Below, one piece after another: positions 27,433 to 41,166 of a stretch of 63,647 nucleotides of DNA. Position 1 is the stretch's first letter, and every line of letters starts with the position of its first letter. The translations under genes and the position numbers were made by a program. Source of the DNA: Octopus bimaculoides (Eukaryota); assembly GCF_001194135.2 (NCBI RefSeq), contig NC_068995.1, positions 53,898,474 to 53,962,120 on the forward strand. The letters are read 5' to 3'. Under the pieces are notes generated by a model that worked only from the letters and a program-made list of their open reading frames with translations, was not told the DNA's origin and searched no databases.

Positions 27433-27922
27433 CTTATCCAGCTGGATTCAGTTATTTCCCCGGCCTTAATCAGTAGTGGAGCACTCACAGATCAGGCATA
27501 TACATCTGTTTTACCAAAACCTATCTGAAGTGGATGATAACGATCCTTTTCCCGCTTGCCAATGCCTTTTTACTTCATTGTGCTCATAGTATAAGAGACA
27601 GCGTTTTTCCTTTCAAATTTAACCTTCACCATGAGCACAAATATTTCTTCATTTGGGCTCTTAAATTTGCTATACACTCTGAACAATGGCAGGTGTTATT
27701 AGTGTCAAACATATTTAGAGATCCAGTGGTGATATGATCAAAATCAAGGATAATGTTATTACCATTAACGAGTATGTCATTAGCGTTATCCAAATATTAC
27801 TACCATCATTTTGCGTTCTCATTAAATTTACATTCATACTTCAGCAGTAATCATTATGATGAACTCTAACTAGATTTCCTTCCCGAGGGTTTTTCGTCAC
27901 ATCAGTTAACCTCTCCATCATC

Positions 27923-28032
<110 letters not shown>

Positions 28033-30033
28033 AGCGGTGGTCACGATCATCTTAATCATCATCATTTACTCAGCCTCATGGTCAAAGCATCATCGGTTGG
28101 CCTCGTGATAACGATACCAGCAGCATGTAGCCTCCATTAACACTACTAGTAACGGAGGCCACTTGTTTATACAGTTTCCTCGTTTTCGTTGTCGTTATCG
28201 ATGCTGACGTTCTTATTATCGAGGTATCATCAACGACAATACTGTAATATCATAAACATCACAATATTGAAATATGGAATAGCGTTATGCCATCAGTGTA
28301 TCGATAGCTGCCTTAAAATGAATATCAATCTTTCAACTAGCTTCAATAGATTAAGGGTTTTCACAACAGTTTTTACTCGTAACTGCAAATAATTTCCCTT
28401 TACATCCGGTGTGACAGCCCCTGGGAAAGGCATCAGTGTCCCATTATGCCATTTTCCATATTTTAACATTCAGAAATTATTGTCTAATAAAAATCAAATT
28501 CGATCTTGATTATAATTTGATTTATAATAACTACAGCTGCATTCGTCTTATCCAGTTCGTGACATTGGGCGATTTACAGTAATACACCTATTCTAATGCT
28601 TAATACTTCTAGGCCTATTATTTGAAGGATTTATAATTTAATACAGAATCGTTATATAATTAAGAACCTATGGAATCTTTGGCGACTGCAATTTTTCTTG
28701 TCATACAGGTATTCGTAATGACATTGAAGTGGAATCGCTTTGGAAGGGAATCGAAAAGAAGTTTGAGACGAACTAATGATAACACTTCTTTCTTTAATCT
28801 ACATCAACTATATTCTAACCACAAAACAATCATCATATTTTTCCGCATTTGATTATAGAATGGCATGCGTATATCTTTAACGGTGTGCATTCATTAAAGA
28901 ACAGGTGTTAAGAATGATCTTGCATTTGTTTGGGAAGAATACTAAAAGGGCACATAAATCATTTCCATTGCAAGTAATAGCGAGATAATTATATCTTGAC
29001 AGAGCAGCAAATTTCGTTGAAAATGAACAATTTATTCATGGTTACGAATTGCATCTAGGGTTTCTCAGAATATCTCTCTATACGGTTGGTTGGAGAATAT
29101 ATATTTATGGTTTTATAAATTGATGTAAGATTATTGTATCTAAGTTAGATATCAATCATGGGGGCGGCCTTTCGAAACAATCATCTGTGAGTGCTCAAAT
29201 TCCGGAAGATTTCCTTAATCAATGCCTCTTACTAGCTTCGTGATTTTGCTTTCCTTTTACCTCGTCATAATGAGAAAAACAAAGGCATTGAAATGTTTCG
29301 CCTGCTTCAGTCACAATAAGTCGCCATCTTCCTCTTTCCTTTCTGCGTATGTATAAATTTATGTGTATATTTACCGAGATAGGTGTATAAATGTATGTAT
29401 GCGTATATGTATATACACCTATGTTTCTAAGTAAATACGTAATATTAAAGATGCGTTCAAATTAGATGCTGCGTTTCTAGTAATTGATTTCTCGTATAAG
29501 CAAAGGGCTTCAGATACAGGTTAAAGATGGATATAAATTTGGACGACTTTTCTGGCTTATTTTGAGGTTATTATCCACGTAAGTGAACTGAAAGGATTAC
29601 AAATACGATTCCAAAATCATTCGTTGATGCATCTGACTACGCTTTGTCGATTTTCTTTTCTCACTCCACAAGAATAGAAACATAACTTTATCTTCTTAAA
29701 TGCAATTTTCAAATGTGATTTGTTCTATAGAAAATGGAACATGGCGATCATGCGCATGCAGTTTCAATGCGCGGTAGAAGATATTTAGATTCCTATGCAC
29801 TGTCGATACATTTGCAAAAGCTATGGAAGTCACTTTCATCTGGCACTAAATTCTAGTAAGCAATCGTTTGTCCATCTACTGGTTTCAGTTACTGGACACG
29901 GCCAGTCTGTGGCAGTTACTTCAATGCCTATTAAGTCATATCGCCTCCAGTGCTTCGAAGTTCTGTCCCGATATTCTGGACGGTAAAGTTATCTATTTGA
30001 TATAACTTTAGTTTTTACATAAGTGTAAACGCA

Positions 30034-30071
<38 letters not shown>

Positions 30072-30439
30072 NNNNNNNNNNNNNNNNNNNNNNNNNNNNN
30101 NNNNNNNNNNNNNNNNNNNNNNNNNNNNNNNNNNNNNNNNNNNNNNNNNNNNNNNNNNNNNNNNNNNNNNNNNNNNNNNNNNNNNNNATATATATATATA
30201 TATATATATATAGTATCTGTGAGTGTATATGTGTAAGCATTTATATATATGTATACATAAATAAATAAATACATAAATAATTAAATAAATATACATTCCG
30301 AATACCTTCGTCTGTAATTACAGAAGTTATATGCACACATATGGCAACGGGCTGAACAACAGCAAAAGAAGTTTGATTATTTTCAAGACTGTATAATATG
30401 GTTCATACATATAATATGCAGGCCAGATAGAGGCCCTGT

Positions 30440-30600
30440 ATAATGGTAGGACAAATTTATCAGCCAAATCGTCATGAATAACACACACCATTTTAGGAAG
30501 AGCATATTGGATAATATAAACCTTAGAACGGTTAAAAAGACTTCGGTTATGTCACTACAGATTTAGAAGTAACTTGGAAATCGTGAACAAAATCAGCCAC
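30440..30600 (+). pseudogene. Possible highly decayed CR1-type ORF2 C-terminal remnant
   Basis: LERLKRLRLCHYRFRSNLEIVNKI resembles Y.ERLK.L.L.SL..RR.R.DLI.V.KI. The match is short. Confidence 0.3.
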
Positions 30601-33199
30601 AAAACATGAAATATCTTGGTTTTCGTGCTTAAATCTATTACAAATGACCAGCTCATACTTTTGGAATACTACATGTTTACTCTCCTATTAGTTATAAAGC
30701 TATCTTGAATTGGAAAATATTATTAAGAATTGTACTACCCTATGAAATTTCTGATGATTGTAGGAAATTCTTTTAAGAAGATTGACTGAAAAATTTCAAC
30801 ATACACATAATCAGGTGAGGAATTTGAAGCACAATATTGCGAAGTGTCAGAAGAGTAATAAATAGCAATATCTTCTTAATATCAGAAAAAAAAATCTCCA
30901 AAAGCAAACATAATTATGATTTACGTATATTACTGAAACTAGGCTTTAGATTGTAATTTGGATACTGTTTTCTGATTATCACAGAAAGCTGATAAATACA
31001 ACATCAATGTGATCTCAATCAAAAATACCATTTGTTTTCATTAAAGGTTACGTTATATTTGTAAGTTCTACTGCTTAATGTAACATTTATCTTCGGATAT
31101 TTAATATGTTTCTTGAAACCATATTGAAGACATACAAACGGAAAAAAGCAACGAAATGCTTTTGGTAAAAAAAAACAAAACAAATATATTGTCAAAACAC
31201 CATGATCGGGAATCAAATAATGACGATGCTTATATCAACTCGAAGTTTTCTATAAAATATGCCACAAATACGTTTTTTCTGTTCCTGCATTTAGTGGAAA
31301 TTTATAAAAGAAAATCCCGACAGAAACAATACAATTCTAGATGTAAGTTGAAAGACAAAACTTTTAAAGTTTTTATATATTTTAATATAAATGTTTAAAA
31401 ACACCTGAGAGCAATGCAGCTGAAAATTAAGGCAAATATGTACAGTGATGTTATTAAATAAACGCAAAGTAAAATGATAGTGTATTGTCTAATATAGGTT
31501 GCTTAATGCTTATATTTTGGGAAAAGCTCTTATCAAATATAAGACATAAATTTATCAGTGAAAATAATTGATATACTGTATTTTCCTAATTTATAGTTTG
31601 ATACGTAAAATGATAACGAGAATAGGAAATAAAATAAATAATTTATTCCTGCAATAGACACTCATGATACGGAGATTTAAGTAAACTACGATGCATATTT
31701 AATACATTATAAACATTTTATGCATTATTACGTAATATATTAGTAAATGCCATCTTATATTGGAAATACAAACTCGGAACTATCATGTATGTTTCATAGT
31801 GATATGTGCTGTCATTACATGGGAGTTCCAATTTGAAAAACGGATATAGAAACATCCACATAGAAAGTGAGAATAGAATATTTTATTAAGATGATTCACT
31901 TTTCAATACTACCAATCCTTAAGTTTATATAAAAAAAAACTGTTTAGTTGCTTACCAAATTCAGAATCATTCATTTTGCAATAAATAAACTATATATATC
32001 GGCAATATTTTTTCCGGTATTCTTAAGTAGCAAATAGTTTCGATGGAAGCAGCAAAGAAAAGAAAAAGAAAAGAGGAAGAAACTAAAAATGAAATGTCAT
32101 CGCAACTGAAAGAGTATAGACATCTCTAAATTTAGCTGAAACAAGTCTATTGAAATGTACAAGGGAGACAATCATTATTCTTTAGAAAGAATAAAATAAC
32201 ATACTGGATACATAAATCTTCCATCATAGTCATGAAAGCATAGAAATTCCAAAAATTGAACAGCGTTTTCTACTTACCGTTTACGTACAAATACTCAAAC
32301 AGAAGTTTCTAGTTTACAAATTTTGCATAATGGCTAAAAATTGATTCCCGCCAATCCGTTACTTTTGTCTACAAGATTTTCGTCTTCTCGAAATAGTTAT
32401 TTTAAGACTTATTGGTTATTAGAATAGAGTACTAACATCTCTTGGTTCTGGACTATAATTCTTTACCGTCAGAAGAAAGGTAAACAGCAACCGTATAAAC
32501 ATATCATTACACAATCATACACACACGAATACGAACATTGATGTATATATTCATCATTGGCTGTATTTCGTGTGTGGGAGAATGTTAATTTTGCAATAGC
32601 GTCGTACAACATTCATATTCTCTTCATATTCTCTGTAATTTCGCATTTTGGAATTATTCGTGCCTCAACATAGGGACGTATTATGTGGGTTAATTGAGCG
32701 ATAGGTCATGAAACAGCCTCTCATCTCCAGTTCTGTTCTATTTACATGCAATTAACACGTCACTTTCTATGATAAAGTGATCTCAGCAGTAAATAAATCT
32801 CATGGGGCAGGTGGAAGGTTTAATGTAAATAGTTAACTATTTGTTCCTTAATTTGCAATATTTTGCATCAAGTCAGCACATTAGCCTTTGCGAATCTGTT
32901 AGTCATGCAACGCAAATCTTTCATATGCTAAAGTATTATCTGAAACATAAAAGGAAGATTCTACGAGCAACGTGTTTCAGGAAAATGTATTTTCCTCTGC
33001 CTACATGTGTTGCAGTAAAAACAATTTTAATTGAAAAATTCTTCGCAAATTTCATTAAAAACAAGTCTTCACAATTTCTTTTTCTTAGACCCCAGGACAT
33101 ATAAACCGGTTCCCTGATTTCCATCGCATATAAGTAACAGAGATCTCAACATTCCCTTAATCTAGGCACCTGTCCGTCGCAGATTTAAATTCTAGCAAC

Positions 33200-33390
33200 C
33201 TAGAGAGGAAGGCTACAAGTTGATTACATCGACTCCATTATTTTATCTTGTCTCCAATATAAGACAGGTACCTTATTGTATCGACCCCAGAGGGATGAAA
33301 GGTAAAGTTGATTTCGGCGGGATCTTTACTCAGGACGTAAAGAGACGGAAGTAATACTGCTAAGTATTTTGTCCGTCGTCCTCATGACCT
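33200..33390 (-). mobile_element. Diverged family A SINE
   Basis: Reads gattacatcgactcc...atcgaccccagagggatgaaaggtaaagttgatttcggcgg...tcaggacgtaaagagacg...ctaagtattttgtccg. Confidence 0.7.
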
Positions 33391-33544
33391 CTTCCGCAAG
33401 TTGGGATGAGAATGCACTAATCCTTCGACAATCGCGAGTATTACGTTCCAAAACACTGCCTAATTTGTGAAGATCAACGAAGTAAAAACTGTACTGTATA
33501 TTTTTTATTGTTTCTATAATTTCTGTATATTTATTTTATCATAT

Positions 33545-33737
33545 TATGGAGATGTACTTGCATAGCAAATGACCTGGTCTGTGATCGTGTGCTGGAACGA
33601 AAACAATTGCAGCGTGGAAGGTGGTTCTAAGCCATTTAAAATAGCACACAAAAACCGTTAGATTCACTTCAACATCTAAATTTAATTTGTCAAAATATTT
33701 TCATCGCTTTCAGACCGCGACCGGTTCACGGACAAAC
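33545..33737 (-). mobile_element. Second putative PLE-type terminal repeat (unrelated to the first)
   Basis: On the minus strand a hammerhead-like fold is followed by an about 140-nt tail, the same layout as the first family. It is single-copy in this window; its repeat status is from recall. Confidence 0.45.
33686..33736 (-). ncRNA. Hammerhead-like motif with G3-C8 swapped core
   Basis: TTTGTC-C-GTGAACC-G-GTCGC-ggtctgaaa-GCGAT-GAAA-ATATTT-T-GACAAA. Stem I has 6 bp, stem II has 5 bp, GAAA is present and stem III is palindromic. Position 9 is C rather than A in this copy. Confidence 0.45.
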
Positions 33738-33913
33738 TTCCGTTCAGGATTATTGTTCTTACTACCATATTCACCCAACATTATATCGGTACAGCTCGAT
33801 ACAACCTCAAAAAGCCGGTTCACCAATCAGCATCATTAAATGATGGCCAGCATAATGTAATAGGAACTTCATTTGCATTTCCTGTAAACAAATTTAAAAG
33901 ATATATGTGTGTC

Positions 33914-33953
<40 letters not shown>

Positions 33954-34039
33954 TGTGTATGTGTGTGTGTGTGTGTGTGTGTGTCTGCGTGTTAATACCA
34001 CATATAAAGCGATGATTTTTCAATTTACCAACGTTAATG

Positions 34040-34390
34040 GAGCTGTCATCAGGCTGTATCCAATGTTAAACAGGTGTTTCAACTCCGAGTCGCAACACTC
34101 TCCCGTGGTAGAGTCAGTAGAGGTAGCCAAGTCACTGCCCCTAATTTCCTCCTGGCTCCCAGATTAACACTTCTCTGTTGCTCCAACGCCAACAAGAGGC
34201 TCTTCCAGCTACCACTCCTGTCCTGCACACAGCCGCCCTTTGCTCCTTTCCTCTCATTCCTATAGCTGTAACCATCTTCCATGTAGACTGAACCGGGAAT
34301 CTCCTACAGCTAACCTCGACTGGGAAAAGCCATACGTGCCATCCCTTTAATTTTTGGCACGTTTCCGTTGATGGGCCCCATCACGGGACT
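34040..34390 (-). pseudogene. GC-enriched segment, possible decayed L2/CR1-type ORF2 end
   Basis: Across frameshifts, ARRKLGAV / LGYLY*LYHG / ECCDSELKHLF resembles RR.VGAL...YR.YHG.CS.EL..L. The match is weak. Confidence 0.3.
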
Positions 34391-35635
34391 GTTATTTCAA
34401 TTACGATAATTTTCATGGCTTTTTCAGACCATTGGACACTGCTGAAGTTACAAACCTGGTTAGACTTTGTATTAACTTTCAAATAGACCAGCAATTGTCA
34501 AAGTATCCGGAAGTTTATACAAGATATTTAGGTGTTATAAAATTTTTTGTATTGTGATCGTATACGGCAAAATTTCGAAAGATATGCTTTATAATTATTT
34601 TATGGAATCTGATTATCATTTATCAAATTGTGGATCATTATAAAGAATTGTTGTACACAATGTATCATTCCACATACATATAAGAGGTTTCTACAGATAC
34701 TTAATACAAACGCTTTAATATACAGTATATAATTATATAGTTATTGATGCAAAAATATATTTTCTATGAGTTCTAGAATTAATATGATCATAAGGATCTA
34801 TATTAATGGCTAAACGTTTCTTTTCATTGCTATAGAAAACAAAGTGTAAACGAAAATGTAATTTCATGACATGCAGATAATCCTTAATTTACGAAAAGTT
34901 TTGACCGGATTTGTTACAATGATACCGCAGAAGAAAGATCCCTTGGAACGGGATTCCAAGGTAATTATATTAATGCTATTAATATTATATTACAAGATAT
35001 AGAAATATGTTGAAACTTGAAGAAAGAAGGAAACTGAAATCTAGCAACTGCAATAAGGAGATAAACGGCTTAACTTTGCAAAATGCAGAAGCTCGTTTGT
35101 TGCGTTAGATTAGACCTGATTACAGTGATCAAGGGTTTGGAAATAAAAACAAATCTAGAGATGATATACTTTGAGATATAAGTTGACAAAAAATCAAAAT
35201 AATAATTTGGAAACTGATATGCTTTTTTGTTCATCAAACAGATTAAAATATCATCTCTTTCGTACAGAAGATAGTTGCTGATTATATTTTTCTTCAAATG
35301 TTGATCACAGATTTTGTAGAAAGAGACGTGTTTAATGAAGTATATGTCTATCTCTAATAACAATTTCGGGAGAAGTTCTGCAATTTTAGGGGCGTAAGTA
35401 AGTTGATTAAATTGACCCTAGAGCTCAACTTGTATTTATTCTGTCAAACTCGAAAGAATGTAGATAGACACACTTCTGCATACGGTAGCAAAAAAATCGA
35501 TACTGTGATGAGACATGTGGTGAGTATATCAATAATGTCAGAGTTAAAAACATGGGATTGATAGCATAGAGATTCACAGGTAGATTTTGCAGCTGTTTCT
35601 AGCATATATCAAGTCTCTCGGTTTATTTTAATAAA

Positions 35636-35701
35636 TATGTCCCCTCTCATACATTTATACATACATACGTATGTCCCCTCTCATACATTTATACATACAT
35701 A
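35636..35701. repeat. Local tandem duplication, period 34
   Basis: tatgtcccctctcatacatttatacatacata occurs at 35636 and 35670. Confidence 0.9.
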
Positions 35702-35929
35702 ATGCAATAATTATGTGTGTGTATGTGCATGTGTTTGTATGAGAAGGTCAGTGAGTGCGTGTGTGTGTGTGTGTGTATGAGTGATATAGTAACTGCGTGT
35801 GTGTGTGTGAGAGAGAGAGAGAGGGGGAGAGTGAGAGACACAAAGTCTATATAACAGATGAAGAGATAAAGCAATGTGATGTGTTCGTAAAACGATGTTC
35901 AGGGAATTATCTGAACCGACACTGAAATG

Positions 35930-36133
35930 TTGGTTTCAAATTACGGCACAAGATCAGCTATTTCGGAGGAGGGGGATATGATCATTAGATCGAACCCAGA
36001 ACGCAACTGGCACTTAATTTATCTACGCCGAAAGGACGGAAGAGAAAGTCGAACATGGCGGAGTTTGAACTCAGAACCGCAAGACGAAATGCTGCCAAGC
36101 ATTTTGTCCGACTCGCTAAAGTTTCCTCCAGCT
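35930..36133 (-). mobile_element. Family A SINE
   Basis: Reads cgcaactggcacttaatttatctacgccgaaaggacgg...ggagtttgaactcagaacc...gacgaaatgctgccaagcattttgtccg. Confidence 0.8.
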
Positions 36134-37697
36134 TAAATAGTGGACATTGAAATATTGGATGTCTGCACAACACTCAGCGGTCAAATGGCCTTTCCTCCAT
36201 TTTCGTATTAATCACAATTACAGAAACATATGCACATACCATTCAAATTTAGGAAGCAACTTATGAGATGAGAAGTTATGAATCCTGCATAGAGATGTAA
36301 CAAACTAAGACAGTATTTGTTCAATCAAGGAAGTTAATACCTATATACGATAGAAGAGCTATAAATATCATAAGTACCGATGGTGCGTTTACTGAGCGCC
36401 ATTCTACCCTTCACCTGTTGATGGTTCTACAATTCCACACGTTGGCTACTTTGTATTAGTATATTAAAGTGCCAACTTATTATTTCAGAATTAGTTTATG
36501 TTCGGCTATGTTTTATGTCATCTCTTTATTATCAATAAGAAAGATACGGAGTTCATAACTTTATATTACCTGACTTTAAGAAAAGTCATGAAAGTCATAA
36601 CTTTTAGTGCTGCTTCGTGTGTGAATGGATTACTAAAGCAATCAATAATTATTAAGCGAATAAATGAATTCATTTATGAAAGCATAAAGAACATTTATTA
36701 TTTAAAGGTTTCATAGATTAACTTTTCTTACTACCATATAATAACAGTTTCATTGACTCGCCTTGCATCTGGAATGTTTCATTGTTGTTTACTTCAAAAA
36801 CCATGTCATCAGATCAAATCTAACTACCAGACAGCAAAACATAGTGTTAGCATTAAGTCTTGGAGCAGAACAATAGACTACAGGGGTTATCTGTTCAGAT
36901 CGTATTACTAGAGTAAGTAGCACATTGTTTGATAACTCTCTCTCTTTCTCTATATACTAACTAATAATATATGTACACTAATAGTAGGCAGAACGTTTAG
37001 TTATTTTCGCTGAAGCAACTCCTAGCGAGATCAACATTGTGATATGCGACTGCTTCGTTGAAACTATACTTATTTAAGGAAAGATCAAAGAATCTCCTAC
37101 ATATTCAGTCCATAGCGTTTGTAATTATGATCAAAAAGTTAACGGATCTAAATATTGTTTTCTTCGGCTTGTTTCATGTTTCATATTTAGTAGGGGAGAT
37201 GGTATCTGCTTGTTTTGAATCTAAATTATACCTAATAAATTAGATGTATTAAACTTAGAAGTAATAGTTATGTTTAAGTAAAAATCTTATATGTATATTT
37301 AAAAATTTTCTTGAATATATCCGTGGTAAGACAATTAATGTTTTATGCGTTTTCCTAGATATCATCTCTCTATAATCTGACGCATTTTTAGCTGGACAGT
37401 TTTTTGTAAGTTTCAAGGATAAATCTTTTCACAAGTTTCCCTATCAAAGACTCATCTTAGACTCTCAGAAAGCTGTGGAAAAAGGATTCAGATATATATT
37501 AACGAGCTAGAAAACGTAGTTTATAAGTGACAGCCTAGCTTTAATATACTAATGGTAATTAGATCGGAGACCTTCCGGAAACCATAGATTTTAGGAGTAA
37601 CCGCCAAGTTATGGTAGAATAACAATCCATAAAGTCAAATTGGATGAATTTAAAATATACGCCGACAACATCGAAAAATACCTTACGAATAAGAACT

Positions 37698-37818
37698 AGG
37701 TTCGAAATTTCCGCAAGACACCTGATGAAGGCTGGAGGGTATATCAGCTGAAACGTTATGTTAACAACAAAGAAGATGAGGACAAATATCCCTGAAATGT
37801 AAATAATGTAAACAATGT
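37698..37818 (+). mobile_element. Penelope-like terminal repeat copy
   Basis: Reads aggttcgaaatttccgcaagacacctgatgaaggctggagggtatatcagctgaaacgttatgttaacaac...gatgaggacaaatatcc...gtaaataatgtaaac. Confidence 0.85.
37717..37762 (+). ncRNA. Minimal type-I hammerhead ribozyme motif (best copy)
   Basis: GACAC-CTGATGA-A-GGCTG-gagggtatat-CAGCT-GAAAC-GTT-ATGTT. The core is intact and stem II has 5 bp (one G-U). Stem I has one mismatch next to the predicted cleavage site. Confidence 0.7.
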
Positions 37819-37994
37819 TCTTACCACCTGTTACAGTCGTTGAACTGACTATGATCATGCATCACTCAACGCGATTTTAATTGAAGAAATCGATCCCATC
37901 TCTTATTTGTTTTTCAGTTTGGTACATTGGCTCGCAAGTGGTGTGAGAATAAGCACACATGCAAAGACACACACACACACACACACACACACCC

Positions 37995-38150
37995 ATGTTT
38001 CTATATACGATGGACTTTCATAGAGTTTAACTCTGTTAAATTCGCAAGCGATGGTCAGCTGAGGGCTGTATTGCAAGACTCATCGAACGTGACGTCGTGG
38101 AAATGAACCCGAAAAGAAATGACTGCTAAGGGAGCTTATTAGCTACAGAT
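37995..38150 (-). mobile_element. Strongly diverged SINE family C head
   Basis: Resembles the reverse complement of the heads at 60177 and 63485 (gcaagac..., gaaatgaacccg..., gcttattagctacag). Confidence 0.4.
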
Positions 38151-40683
38151 ATATGCGTGTGTATGGATTGTGTTTATGTGTTCACGCGCGCGCACGTGTG
38201 TATGTGTTTGCGGGTGCGTTTGTGTGCATGTGTATAGATGTGTATTTGTGCATGTACATGCTTAGCTGTGAGTGTGTTTGTTTGAATTATTTTCCATGCT
38301 GCTAGTATAATTTATTGATTACTAAACAAACATTTACACTGTTATTGCTATAAAATGATTTTAAAAAATATCGAGTCTATTAACATCTCTTCCAAAGTTG
38401 TGTTTATGAAAATAAGTTACCTAATGCACTATGACTTGTATACTTGGACTTTTGCAGTGTTTCCTCCCTCTTCAAATTTCGCAACATAATACCGCGTTCA
38501 GGAGGAGTTTGTCCACAGAAACAGTCTTGAACCTTTATCACTTTGATGTTTGGAAATTTAAAAATTTGATGCTTAGCGAGGTTATGTTTTCTACATCAAA
38601 TACTTCACTAAATTTCAACCCATTAATATCTGTTCATTCCTTTGTAAATGTATGCCTTACTGGATTCGTTTGAAGCGTTTTCCATTGAACAAAGCAACAG
38701 TTGCCAGGTTTTACTAGTTACTCGATGAATAGCCGGTTTATATTTTAAACTGATCGTTTGTATTCATGCAACGTAAAAATATTTGCATTATAAAACTGCC
38801 ATGTAATGTTCGGCTTCCCTTCTTCAAAAAAACCTTTCATTTTTGTTATCGTCGAATTCTCATAAACAAATATTTGATCGGAAAATTATTGTTTTCATCT
38901 TTCCTTGAGCAAACAAATCCTCTTACTTTACGAATAGATCTACTATTACAAAGTAACGCACTAGATTTAATAGAAAAATATCGTAAAGGTTAATTTGATT
39001 ATCATTGCTCAATCTTTTGATTGTGTCATTTATTGGACAGTGGCCACGGTGAAACATCATCTTGAAAGTTTCAGGCAAGCAAGTCGATACCTGTACTCTT
39101 ATTAAGACTACTGCATGATAAGTCGGGTCGTATTGCCACACCACTCAGTTGCGCGAACGCATGAACACCAACGCCGCTTTTGAAGTGGTTTTGGGTACAA
39201 AAAGACAGACACCTCTAACTTTATAAATTGCAGCAATTTTTTCTTGATAATGTCTCAAATAGATTCACCAGTGTAATCAATTGTTTTCCTTTAACATTGA
39301 AACACTATATTCAGATTGAGATTTGTACTAATATACTAAGATTTTGTTTCAAGTTTGAAGGAAATTTTAGAGAAGTATGATTTTGTACATAATTAAGTGA
39401 GTGCTAACATAATTAATATACTGAGGAAATATTCTGCTTAATGAAGCAGAAGTGAGACCGAACATTTGCACTATGCTTGAATATCATTAACGCAGTTAGC
39501 GGGAAACAACCGAGAAATCCCAATTTACTCCCGAATATTTGAGAGCAAGCCAATAATAACACAAGAACTAATTTTAATAATTAGTTCATGACATCCCGTT
39601 AGAAATTGAGCGAAGTAGCACTGAATTTAAGCTTTAAAGTTTAATTTAGTCAATTGGTAAAATTAACGTGTTTTTTTTTGCATTAATTTAATCATTGCTG
39701 TAATATATATAAATTTATTAAAGTTAACTGACTTTTAGGTTCCTCATAAAATTCTTTGTTGCTATGCTTTGTGCTATGTTAATTATGCTTCTAGATATAA
39801 GGATGTAAAGGAAGATTGAACAGGATTAGATTGCCATTTATTACAAGCGCTATTGATTTTCCTAACGTTCAGCAATAGAAAATTGTGATCCATAATATTG
39901 ATCCTCATTGGCCAATATTTACGAAAATAGAGAAAATTGCTCACGACTCTAATTACTAAATACAGACAGAGGCAAAAGGTTTAAGCCTTCAGATCAGCTT
40001 ATCAAATAGAGTGAGAGCAGTGATATTCTAGTTTAACACATGCATTTAACGGCATGGACCTGACAATTATCTCATATAGATAATTATACAATTCTCAAGG
40101 GGAATATTATTAACGCATCCTCTCCGATTATAGCACGCTGTTAACAAGAACTTGGAGATATATATTAAAGTATCAAGTGTGACATGATTCTACGTTAACT
40201 ATGAGATTAATTTATTATGATTAAGAAATGAGTGATATGATATAACAATTAAAAACTGTAAATGATTTATTAATTGGATATAAGGTTTCGTATTTGATTA
40301 GAATTTGAAACTTTAGATCGCCAATGCACTCTAAAGACGTGAGATAAAAACGCCATTCAAGTAGGATTTAGATAAGTGCACAATTATTTAAATTACTCCT
40401 TTCTTTTACATAGCATTACTCTTGAATATTCTAATGAAAATCTAGTTATAAGGATTTAACATACATACCAAATAGCGAGAATTCAAGCAACGATTGTGAT
40501 TAGTAAAGGTATTTATCTTTATCCATTTCAAAATGAATTTGCAACATACTCGTCAACAACGATATTACAAAAAGATAACTACATAACAATGAATGAAAGT
40601 CACATTTAATATGTTAGTGTTGATTGCAGAAACACATACACAATCCCTATTTCAGACGTTAAAACGATGCCCTTTTATTAATG

Positions 40684-40684
40684 C

Positions 40685-40762
<78 letters not shown>

Positions 40763-40768
40763 AATAAT
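40684..40768. repeat. (AAT)n microsatellite
   Basis: Directly visible. It gives the poly-Ile stretch in ORF 40593..40904. Confidence 0.95.
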
Positions 40769-40904
40769 TTGTGCTTTGAGAATGATAAAAAATAGAGATA
40801 AGAAGTATATTAAACAACTTCCTGGTAACTCCAATCTCCGTGAACTACAAAAGATAACTTTCTTGGGTACAGCCCATATACTACGGAAAGCACTCACCAT
40901 ATAA
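40768..40904 (+). pseudogene. RLE-type LINE ORF C-terminus (5'-truncated copy)
   Basis: ALRMIKNRDKKYIKQLPGNSNLRELQKITFLGTAHILRKALTI* matches the restriction-like endonuclease end of R4/Dong-like LINEs (GALG.I.....LQK..LLGTAHILRK). Confidence 0.85.
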
Positions 40905-41106
40905 CATGAAAATAATAATGATAATAAAAGGTAGAAGGAATTAATAGATCCAGTAGATTTCTATAAATAAGCTATGAAAAACAAATTTGGTTAACTATAT
41001 TAGACACTCACATACCAATAAATGCAAGTGTATTTATATATATATGAATATAAATATATATATATATACGCAGACGTAACAGAAATAAATAGACAACCAT
41101 ATAATT

Positions 41107-41166
41107 CAGTTCTATAGTTAAAAGATGAGGACAAATATCTGTCAAATATAAATAATGTAAATAAAG
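41107..41166. mobile_element. 60-bp fold-back PLE tail insertion with 10-bp TSD
   Basis: CCATATAATT occurs at 41097-41106 and 41167-41176. The insert is the reverse-complemented tail end (cagttctata...agatgagg) fused via AGATGAGG to the plus-strand tail acaaatatctgtcaaat...gtaaata. Confidence 0.8.
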
